Positions 16,715-24,255 of a DNA stretch of 47,809 nt are shown here, in pieces. Under the pieces are notes generated by a model. The model did not search any database. It was not told where the DNA came from and saw only the letters and a list, made by a program, of their open reading frames with translations. The DNA is taken from contig JARIGS010000024.1 in assembly GCA_029288725.1 (NCBI GenBank), positions 1-47,809 on the forward strand, written 5' to 3'. The stretch comes from Candidatus Nomurabacteria bacterium (GTDB lineage: Bacteria; Patescibacteriota; Minisyncoccia; Phycocordibacterales; UBA9973). How positions within the stretch are numbered: position 1 is the first letter of the stretch; each line of letters starts with the position of its first letter. Made by a program: the position numbers and the translations under genes.

Positions 16715-18442
16715 ATGAAAAAGCTTCTATGGCTCACGGCACTGCTCGGACTTTTCTTCGTATTTCCTCATACTGCATTAGCAGGTAGCGTATACAATTT
16801 TGCTGGCACCTATCCAGCAACCATTACCGTAACTTCAGCAACCTCAGCCAATGTCGCGATTACAGTACCGGGAAGTAGTACTAATAAAAAAGTACTGGCA
16901 TGCATTATCGAAAAATCAAAAATAACCTCTGCAAACTGTGGGTCTGATGCACCTATAGTAAATACTATTTTTAATAAAGAAATACAAAGTCAGAAAAAAG
17001 ATACTGTCCTTTCCTTCAAGCTGAGCAATTTGTCAACATCAAAAACATATGACCTTTTTATTACCGATGATGCAGACCCTACAAAGTATCTATTGCATGA
17101 ATTTACCACTGCCTCCACCGCTTCAAATTACACAGACACTCCAACAACAATGACCGCCAAAGATGGTGATGACATTATCGTTTCCACCACCATTGATCCG
17201 TCGAAATACTCTAATTATCAGGATTTTTCTGCCTCACTTATATATTCAAGATCAAATGACCTTAGTAGCCCCATTAATGGAGGTGCAATTAGTGGAAAGC
17301 AGAGCAGTGATCCAAATAGTGCCGTTGGGGCAAATGCAACAAACACCCCCGGAACTTTCTTTTGGAGACTTAAAAATCTAAGTCCTAGCACTATTTACTA
17401 CTATCAAATAACCGTTACACCTCCTGGAGGAACGGGGATTAAAAGCACCATCAATAACTTCAACAGCTCGAGCGGTGTCACCATCGCTCCTGGCAGTGAC
17501 GCTGCTCAGGCAGACCTTAACCAGCGAAGTTATACCTTATTACTAGATCCTACAAAAAAAACAATTTTGCCCGATCCTGATCTGTGTGCTCAGGAGCGTG
17601 CTGCCGGACAACATCCACAGTTCTGTGATATGAATGATGTTCTTAACTATGCATTGAAACTCATGATTGGTTTATCGGCAGTATTTCTGGTATTCCGTTT
17701 AATGTTTGAAGGGTACAAGTACATGGTCAGTGACGTACCATTCCTGAAAGCCAGTGCGAAATCAGGGTTCTTTACCGCCCTTACAGGCCTCCTGCTCGCA
17801 ATGTCTTCATATTTAATTCTTAATACTATTAATCCAAAATTGGTCAGCAATACCATCAATGTTAGCCAGCTAAGTATTAGTGTAGATGGTGATGCTAATA
17901 CTCCGACAACATTCGTTCCTAATGGACAAATGCCTACCGGAGTAATATGCCCTAGCAGCGGAAGATCCGCTTCAGTGGCAGGAGTAGCGCAAAGTTTCGT
18001 AGGAAAAGTTACCTATAAGTATGGCGGAAAAAGTGCCGCTGCTCAATCTGACGGCAAAGCAGCTCTTGATTGTTCCGCGTGGACAAACACAGTACTGAAA
18101 TGTTCAGGTTTCACTACGCCAGGAGATTATAAAAATAGCGGTTCTGCCGATATTTTTTCAGGAGCAGAACAGGTAGATATGTCTAAAAATTTTACCACCA
18201 GCGGTAGTGACGTGCTGATTAATGGTAAGAAGTTAAATCCGGGAGATTTAGTAGGATGGCCACAGACAAGTACCTATGGACATGTTATTTTGTATGTTGG
18301 CAATAAAACATTTATGGATTCACATTCAGGTGGTGGCAGCGGTGGTGCAATAGGAACATATTCTGCGGCGCAAATACAAAAACTATTTGGCGGATCAAGT
18401 CCTTCAAAAACCATTACGGCAGTAAAAAGAATACCTTTATAG
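16715..18442 (+). CDS. Tripartite surface protein: secreted N-domain + VirB2-like pilin two-helix module + NlpC/P60- or CHAP-type cell-wall hydrolase
   Basis: Signal peptide MKKLLWLTALLGLFFVFPHTALA. Two adjacent hydrophobic helices LKLMIGLSAVFLVFRLMF and FFTALTGLLLAMSSYLILNTI, separated by a short loop as in TrbC/VirB2-like pilins. C-terminal cysteine-peptidase signature DCSAWT...GHVILYVG...DSHS. Confidence 0.6.
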   Translation: MKKLLWLTALLGLFFVFPHTALAGSVYNFAGTYPATITVTSATSANVAITVPGSSTNKKVLACIIEKSKITSANCGSDAPIVNTIFNKEIQSQKKDTVLSFKLSNLSTSKTYDLFITDDADPTKYLLHEFTTASTASNYTDTPTTMTAKDGDDIIVSTTIDPSKYSNYQDFSASLIYSRSNDLSSPINGGAISGKQSSDPNSAVGANATNTPGTFFWRLKNLSPSTIYYYQITVTPPGGTGIKSTINNFNSSSGVTIAPGSDAAQADLNQRSYTLLLDPTKKTILPDPDLCAQERAAGQHPQFCDMNDVLNYALKLMIGLSAVFLVFRLMFEGYKYMVSDVPFLKASAKSGFFTALTGLLLAMSSYLILNTINPKLVSNTINVSQLSISVDGDANTPTTFVPNGQMPTGVICPSSGRSASVAGVAQSFVGKVTYKYGGKSAAAQSDGKAALDCSAWTNTVLKCSGFTTPGDYKNSGSADIFSGAEQVDMSKNFTTSGSDVLINGKKLNPGDLVGWPQTSTYGHVILYVGNKTFMDSHSGGGSGGAIGTYSAAQIQKLFGGSSPSKTITAVKRIPL

Positions 18443-18454
18443 TACAATAACTCT

Positions 18455-19717
18455 ATGCGTCGCATTCTAATCATCATTGTCATAGTACTACTCATAGGGG
18501 CAGGGGTATGGTATTTCTATGTCCGTCCACGCCAACAGGCAGGCGTATCGCCGGTACCTAACGTACTGAAGGTCTTTTTTCCAAAAACTACGACTAACAA
18601 TACTGGGGCATTTGGCACCGATACTGACCCCAACGGGGCAGGAAACAATGCCCCTGCTGCAGTTTCACCTTTCAAGCAGCTAACGACTCGCCCCGTAGCC
18701 GGATTCACCATCTTTTCTCTTACTAATACTGTCTCAGTACCAAGCACCGCTTCAAGCACGACAGGACAAGCATCTAAACCAACCGTTCAGACGGTCACCG
18801 ACCACTACCTGCGCTATGTCTCCCGGGTCAATGGATACGTATATGAGATCAAAAATGACAGTGTGCCGCTGCAGATCAGCAATGTATTTATTCCTAATAT
18901 ATACGAGGCATTTTTTGCTGATGGTAATACTACCGCTATCCTTCGCTTTTTGCGTCAGGATAATCACACCATTGCAACATACAGCGTTCCAATTCCCGCA
19001 TTGAATCCTGATGGTACTCGTACTCAAAAATCTGGAACGTATTTGCCTGACAATATTTCCGCATTGGCCATTTCGCCTGACCAAAAACAGATCCTTCGCA
19101 TCACTACCGACCAAAATGGCGCAGTGATTACTAGCTCAAACAGCACGGGCGGGGGGATAAAGACCCTGCTTCGCTCTCCATTTGAACAATGGTTGCCACA
19201 ATGGACAAGTTCTAATGTATTTCTCCAAACAAAAGCGGCCTCTGTAGCAAATGGTTTTCTATACAACATCGACCAGACTACGGCTCGTTTGCGACGAGTA
19301 GTGGGAAATGTAGCGGGACTCACTACGTCAGTCAGCCCTAAGGGTACATATGTGCTCTATTCCCAAAGTACTGCTAATGGATTTACTACCAGTAGTTTCA
19401 ATACCAAAACAAACGTTACCAACAGCATCAGTCTTAGTATTTTGCCTGAAAAATGCACCTGGCTACAGAATGAAGACCTGATCTGTGCAGGAAACAATAC
19501 TGTTGCAGCGGGAACTTATCCTGATGCCTGGTATGCTGGCACAACTCATTTCTCAGACCAGCTCTATCACATCGCTACTGCCTCAAATACTTACAGCGTG
19601 CTCTTTGACGGTCAAAACCAAAACTTCGACATGACCAATCTTCAGGCAGACGAATCACAAGGATTACTCTATTTCATCGACAAGAATACGGGGTTGCTGT
19701 GGCAGTACAAATACTAA
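18455..19717 (+). CDS. Membrane-anchored hypothetical protein, possibly beta-propeller-like, 420 aa
   Basis: N-terminal TM helix ILIIIVIVLLIGAGVWYFYV. Repeated segments of the ISPDQKQIL / VSPKGTYVLYSQS type are reminiscent of TolB/PD40 blades. TACAAT box 6 nt before the ATG. Confidence 0.55.
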   Translation: MRRILIIIVIVLLIGAGVWYFYVRPRQQAGVSPVPNVLKVFFPKTTTNNTGAFGTDTDPNGAGNNAPAAVSPFKQLTTRPVAGFTIFSLTNTVSVPSTASSTTGQASKPTVQTVTDHYLRYVSRVNGYVYEIKNDSVPLQISNVFIPNIYEAFFADGNTTAILRFLRQDNHTIATYSVPIPALNPDGTRTQKSGTYLPDNISALAISPDQKQILRITTDQNGAVITSSNSTGGGIKTLLRSPFEQWLPQWTSSNVFLQTKAASVANGFLYNIDQTTARLRRVVGNVAGLTTSVSPKGTYVLYSQSTANGFTTSSFNTKTNVTNSISLSILPEKCTWLQNEDLICAGNNTVAAGTYPDAWYAGTTHFSDQLYHIATASNTYSVLFDGQNQNFDMTNLQADESQGLLYFIDKNTGLLWQYKY

Positions 19718-20437
19718 CTATTGAGCAATCATTTTGCTTCGCACGGTCTTTCGTAGGTAGAGTTCCTGCAAGATAGAGAAGAGATTTGCCACCGTCCAAT
19801 ACAGTGATACGGCAGAGGCAAGACGGCTCGCGATAAAGATAATAAGGATAGGGAGGACGTATTTGGTTTGTACGGCCAATGATTGGGCGAACTGAGCCTG
19901 CATATTAGTATCACCACTGCGTCCTGGAGGGGTAGGCTGAGGGGCAAGAAAGGCCTGAATAGCCTGTGTAATACCAGCAAGCAGTGCCAGAGGGAAAAAT
20001 GGCTTAGTAATATCAATAAGCCCGAGGAAGGTATTTTTAAGATTGTCAGTACTAAGGAAACTGTAGAGGTGTTGTGGCTGCACGACACCATGTGAGAATG
20101 AGAAATATAATGCAAAAAGGATAGGAAGCTGGATGATCAAATAAAGACAGCCAGAAAATGGATTAATCTTTTCTTCCTTATAAAGGGCAAACGTAGCCTG
20201 AGCTTCCTCTTCCTTGGAAAGGCCTTTATTCTTAATCTCCTGAAGCTTTGGCTCCAAGGCACGCATTTTGTATTGTCCAACGATGCTTTTCTTACTAAGC
20301 GGAAACAATACCAAGCGGATGATGATGGTAAGAACAATCACCGCCAAACCAACATCCTGGGCAGTAATGTGCTGGGCGATAAATATGAGAGCGTTATAAA
20401 TTGGCTGGTAAATGACAATATTCCAAAGTGTTTGCAT
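19718..20437 (-). CDS. yidC: Membrane protein insertase YidC (short form)
   Basis: 239 aa polytopic protein. Conserved position downstream of yidD-rnpA-rpmH. Motifs of the PIYNALIF...LFPL...KMRALEPKLQEIK type. Confidence 0.85.
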   Translation of the reverse strand: MQTLWNIVIYQPIYNALIFIAQHITAQDVGLAVIVLTIIIRLVLFPLSKKSIVGQYKMRALEPKLQEIKNKGLSKEEEAQATFALYKEEKINPFSGCLYLIIQLPILFALYFSFSHGVVQPQHLYSFLSTDNLKNTFLGLIDITKPFFPLALLAGITQAIQAFLAPQPTPPGRSGDTNMQAQFAQSLAVQTKYVLPILIIFIASRLASAVSLYWTVANLFSILQELYLRKTVRSKMIAQ

Positions 20438-20443
20438 TCGTTG

Positions 20444-20452
20444 AGTATAGCA
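20444..20452 (-). promoter_or_regulatory. Extended -10 box TGcTATACT, 6 nt before the yidC ATG
   Basis: The minus strand reads TGCTATACT-caacga-ATG(20437). Confidence 0.45.
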
Positions 20453-20454
20453 CG

Positions 20455-20721
20455 CTAAGGAAGATCCACCTGTGGGTCATTGCCAGGATGGCAGCGTCCG
20501 ATCCGATCAAGAGTTTTATGAAAAGCCTTAAAAAATCCATATTTTTCAAACGTTTCTATGGCATACGCAGAGCACGTAGGGTAAAAAATACAGGTTGGAC
20601 GGCTGTATCCTGGCAAAAATCGCAATATTCCGACAGTAGGGGAAAATATCAGGCGATATACCTGAATAAGCCCTATTGCTATATAGTTGGGTATTCTAAC
20701 GACTTTTTTCCAAAAGGGCAT
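20455..20721 (-). CDS. yidD: Membrane protein insertion efficiency factor YidD
   Basis: FYPTCSAYAIETFEKYG...RIGRCHP signature. 88 aa. Confidence 0.85.
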   Translation of the reverse strand: MPFWKKVVRIPNYIAIGLIQVYRLIFSPTVGILRFLPGYSRPTCIFYPTCSAYAIETFEKYGFFKAFHKTLDRIGRCHPGNDPQVDLP

Positions 20722-21034
20722 AAAAATTGGCCTTTATTTCATTAAATGACATACCGTAGATATGTTTTGACACGTATACCATGCCCTGCAACGGCATATT
20801 GTCTTTATTTTTAAGCATATATTGCCGAAAGAGGGAATACAGTTGGCGACGTGCTTTATTGCGTAATACTGCCTTTTTTTGGTTTTTTGAGCCGGTAACG
20901 ACGCTTAAAGCACTGTTAGTGGGGGTTTTTCTATATTTTAGCGTACCGATACGGTTAAAAACGACCTTTGTAGTGGGGTCTGCAAGGAAAATAGTGATTT
21001 GTTGACGGTTGAGCCGCTGGTTTGACGGCAACAT
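20696..21034 (-). CDS. rnpA: RNase P protein component
   Basis: 112-aa basic protein directly downstream of rpmH. It overlaps yidD by 26 nt, which is the canonical synteny. Confidence 0.75.
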   Translation of the reverse strand: MLPSNQRLNRQQITIFLADPTTKVVFNRIGTLKYRKTPTNSALSVVTGSKNQKKAVLRNKARRQLYSLFRQYMLKNKDNMPLQGMVYVSKHIYGMSFNEIKANFYALLEKSR

Positions 21035-21037
21035 AGA

Positions 21038-21175
21038 CTACACAGTGGTAAGCTGGGCACGTCCCTTACGACGTCGTGCGAGCAACACTTTTCGGCCGGT
21101 AGCACTTGCACTGCGGACCAAAAATCCGTGTGTTGTTGCTCGTTTCTTCTTTTTTGGCTGATATGTTTGAGACAT
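21038..21175 (-). CDS. rpmH: 50S ribosomal protein L34 (not in the supplied ORF track, 45 aa)
   Basis: Hand translation of the minus strand gives [45 protein letters not shown], followed by a stop. Confidence 0.9.
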   Translation of the reverse strand: MSQTYQPKKKKRATTHGFLVRSASATGRKVLLARRRKGRAQLTTV

Positions 21176-21305
21176 AGAGTAGGCGTACTATACACAAAAA
21201 CGGTTGATTAATCAAGTAGTTAATTTAAGGACCATTTCTGGTATAATCCACTCTATCCACATCTTTTCCCCATACATGTAAACATGTTGAAGTGGCGGAA
21301 AAACC

Positions 21306-21313
21306 TGTATGAT
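21306..21313 (+). promoter_or_regulatory. -10 box TGTATGAT, 6 nt before dnaA ATG 21320
   Basis: TGTATGAT-acattc-ATG. A second strong box TGgTATAAT lies at 21239-21247. Confidence 0.4.
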
Positions 21314-21319
21314 ACATTC

Positions 21320-22672
21320 ATGGACAGCAACCTCACTCAACTTTGGAATACTTGCCTCGGCGTGATTGAATCACAGCTGACAAAAGCAACGTTCAATACC
21401 TGGTTTAGAAACACCGGTATCAGCAAAGAGGAGGATGGGGTGATCTATATCGGCGTACCGAACGAATTTGTTCGTGAATGGTTGGTAACGAAATACCAAA
21501 AACTCATTCTCAAAACAATTGTTGAAAATCTCAGTCATATCAGGGCAATAGAATTTGTTATTAGTAGCCTTCCGACACCAACGGTGAGTGAGAAGAATCT
21601 TTTTTCTACCGCTTCCCAGACTTCTGCACTGCCATTGCAGAATGTCTTCATCAATCGCGATGACAATCTTAATCCTCGCTATACATTTGACCGTTTTGTC
21701 GTCGGTCCTTTCAATGAATTGGCATATGCGGCCGCTCAGGCTATTGTGAAGCGTCCTCAGCACGCTTTTAATCCATTGTTTATCTATGGAGCCAGTGGCA
21801 TGGGGAAGACGCACCTCATTCAGGCAATTGGTAATGAAATCAAGAAGGACTCTCCGGAGAAGCGCGTACTTTATACTACGCTTGAAAAGTTTATGAATGA
21901 GTATGTCATTTCCGTTCAGAACAATCGTCAGCAGATCTTTCAGGATAAGTACCGCAAATTCGACATTCTCATTATCGACGATATTCAGTTCATTGCAGGC
22001 AAAGAGGGGACACAGAATGCATTGTTCCATATTTTCAATACGCTGTACGAGCAAAACAAACACATTATTCTTTCATCTGATAAGCATCCAAACCATATTA
22101 TCGGCCTTGAAGACCGCCTAAAGACTCGATTCAATGCCGGCATGACCCTTGATATCCAGGAGCCTGACCTCGAGTCACGATTGGCAATCATTAAGGAAAA
22201 AACCTATCAAACACCGTATCCTATTGATGCGGAAGTGATTACCTATATTGCCAGTGCGGTAACGGGCAGTATTCGCGAACTTGAAGGAGTGCTCAATATG
22301 ATTGCCATGCATTCTGAAATGAAACAGAAAGCGATTGGCCTTACGGATGTAAAGCTACTGATCAAAAACAGCGTAAAGCCAAAACGCACTATATCGATTG
22401 ATTCAGTGGTAAAGACCGTTTCCGAATACTACAACCTCGATGAACGGGTTATTTATGAAAAAACCCGCCGCAAGGAAATAGTCCGCGCCCGGCAGATCAT
22501 CATGTTTGTTCTGCGTGAGGATTTCAATGAATCATATCCTTCAATTGGCGCAAAATTAGGAGGAAAAGATCATACCACCGTTATTCACTCATATGAAAAG
22601 ATTAAAAGCGAATTATCGAACGATCCTCATCTGATGAAAGAATTGGAAGATATCCGCATCTTGTTCAAATAA
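21320..22672 (+). CDS. dnaA: Chromosomal replication initiator DnaA
   Basis: Walker A GASGMGKTHL, LIIDDIQF, the sensor region, and the C-terminal DnaA-box-binding helix GGKDHTTVIHSYEKI. Start 21320 is favoured by promoter geometry. ATG 21284 is the alternative. Confidence 0.92.
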   Translation: MDSNLTQLWNTCLGVIESQLTKATFNTWFRNTGISKEEDGVIYIGVPNEFVREWLVTKYQKLILKTIVENLSHIRAIEFVISSLPTPTVSEKNLFSTASQTSALPLQNVFINRDDNLNPRYTFDRFVVGPFNELAYAAAQAIVKRPQHAFNPLFIYGASGMGKTHLIQAIGNEIKKDSPEKRVLYTTLEKFMNEYVISVQNNRQQIFQDKYRKFDILIIDDIQFIAGKEGTQNALFHIFNTLYEQNKHIILSSDKHPNHIIGLEDRLKTRFNAGMTLDIQEPDLESRLAIIKEKTYQTPYPIDAEVITYIASAVTGSIRELEGVLNMIAMHSEMKQKAIGLTDVKLLIKNSVKPKRTISIDSVVKTVSEYYNLDERVIYEKTRRKEIVRARQIIMFVLREDFNESYPSIGAKLGGKDHTTVIHSYEKIKSELSNDPHLMKELEDIRILFK

Positions 22673-22859
22673 TTGTGGAAAACCAGTGAGTATACCTATG
22701 AAAAGTTTTAGTAAAAAATCCTTAATGAAAAATCGTGCACATTCGGGAAACATAATCCACAGCAACGGAAACAGAAATAAATTATTTCTAAAGGATAAAA
22801 AAGACTTTTCCACAATCCACACCCTATATAGCACTATCTCTAATGAAAAATAAAAATAT
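22673..22859. other. Candidate oriC (DnaA-box cluster plus AT-rich tract) in the dnaA-dnaN spacer
   Basis: TTGTGGAAA (22673-22681, complement of TTTCCACAA), TAATCCACA (22753-22761), TTTTCCACA (22806-22814), and CAATCCACA (22813-22821). An AT-rich tract ctaatgaaaaataaaaatata follows, up to 22859. Confidence 0.5.
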
Positions 22860-23957
22860 ATGAATATAACTTGTACAACAGAAAAGTTGAAAAACGCCGT
22901 AAGTCTCGCTGAACGAATGACAGGGAAAGCGCTGACATTGCCGACACTTCACGCAATCCTTCTTACTGCATCAGGAAACACTATCAAGGTGCGGGCTACC
23001 AACCTCACGCTCGGTATTGAAATAGAGATTCCGGCTACCATTGTGGAAGAAGGCACAGTGCTGATCAAAGGTGAGGTGCTTTCAAGCGTGTGTAATCATT
23101 TGAGCGATGCCTCAGAAGTGCGCCTGACGCTTGATAATGACAATCTGACCATTCAGACCCCTCAGCATAAAACCGTGATCAAGTGTCTTCCCGCGGATGA
23201 ATTTCCAACCCTACCAACTGTTGAAGGCGAACAGATAGAGTTAAAAACGTCCGTACTACAGGAAGGCATTCGTTCAGTGTACTTCTGCGCGGCGATGACC
23301 GATATCAAGCCGGAAATTGCCAGTATCTTTATATACAGTGAGGAAAATAGTCTGAACTTTGTGGCAACTGACTCATTTCGTTTGGCCGAAAAGAAAATCC
23401 CGGTAAAGGGCATAGCGGAAATTTCAAAGATTCTCATTCCGTACAAGAACATCGCTGACATCCTCCGCGTATTGGATGTCGCTCCTGACACTGTGCGCAT
23501 TACCTATAGCCGCAATCAGATCGCTTTATTTGCCAATGGTCTCTACCTTACCTCACGATTGATCGACGGAGGATTTCCACAGTATCAGCTTATTATCCCC
23601 AAGGAGGCACTTACCAAGGTCGTAATGCTGAAACAGGAATTGCTGAATACCCTTCGTCTCTCTACAATATTTGCCGATAAGTTTTTCCAAGTCACCTTTG
23701 CCATTCCTGAAGACAAGAAGTCCATTACCATCAGCTCAAAGAATAGTGACGTTGGGTCATCAGTTTCTACCGTTGATGCAGCCATTGAAGGCAATCCTAT
23801 TGAAGTAGAATTCAATCTCAAATATTTCCTCGATGTCTTCCAAGCTCTTTCAGGTGATAGTGTTGCCGTCTCATTTACCCAGCCTAACAAGCCCATTGTC
23901 ATACAGAGTGTGAACGACGCGTCATTCCTGTATCTCTTGATGCCGGCAAACCGCTAA
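22860..23957 (+). CDS. dnaN: DNA polymerase III beta sliding clamp
   Basis: 365 aa. Position after dnaA. Motifs ATDSFRLA and LIDGGFPQYQ. Confidence 0.9.
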   Translation: MNITCTTEKLKNAVSLAERMTGKALTLPTLHAILLTASGNTIKVRATNLTLGIEIEIPATIVEEGTVLIKGEVLSSVCNHLSDASEVRLTLDNDNLTIQTPQHKTVIKCLPADEFPTLPTVEGEQIELKTSVLQEGIRSVYFCAAMTDIKPEIASIFIYSEENSLNFVATDSFRLAEKKIPVKGIAEISKILIPYKNIADILRVLDVAPDTVRITYSRNQIALFANGLYLTSRLIDGGFPQYQLIIPKEALTKVVMLKQELLNTLRLSTIFADKFFQVTFAIPEDKKSITISSKNSDVGSSVSTVDAAIEGNPIEVEFNLKYFLDVFQALSGDSVAVSFTQPNKPIVIQSVNDASFLYLLMPANR

Positions 23958-23960
23958 TCC

Positions 23961-24212
23961 ATGTCGCTGTTTCATGACATTCTAAGCCAATTACAGGAAA
24001 AGATTGCCAAGGAAACGGCTAATACTGAAGCAGCAGCACAGGTAATAAGCGGTGTATTGCACACTACGATCACTAAGGAGCAAGTTTCGATCCACGGCAC
24101 CACCCTCCGTCTGAAAGTCTCTCCTACCCTCAAAATGGCCCTCATGCTGCAAAAGGAAAAGTTACTCACGGCATTACGAACAGCTGGCTTTGATATCAAC
24201 ACAATCCAATAA
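23961..24212 (+). CDS. Small DUF721/DciA-like protein
   Basis: 83 aa. The C-terminal pattern VSIHGTTLRLKVSPTLKMALMLQKEKLLTALRTAGFDINTI resembles DUF721 (DciA). Position directly after dnaN. Confidence 0.4.
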   Translation: MSLFHDILSQLQEKIAKETANTEAAAQVISGVLHTTITKEQVSIHGTTLRLKVSPTLKMALMLQKEKLLTALRTAGFDINTIQ

Positions 24213-24245
24213 AAAATCCCAGGAGCTGAGATCCTGGGATTTTTT
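24211..24245. terminator. Bidirectional intrinsic terminator
   Basis: AAAAAATCCCAGGA-gctgaga-TCCTGGGATTTTTT, a 14-bp stem between convergent genes. Confidence 0.7.
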
Positions 24246-24255
24246 ATTTTAGTTG

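Noticed and set aside
21371-22063. 230-aa ORF on the minus strand
   Set aside because: It lies entirely antisense to the well-supported dnaA gene. It is a typical shadow ORF with no motifs.
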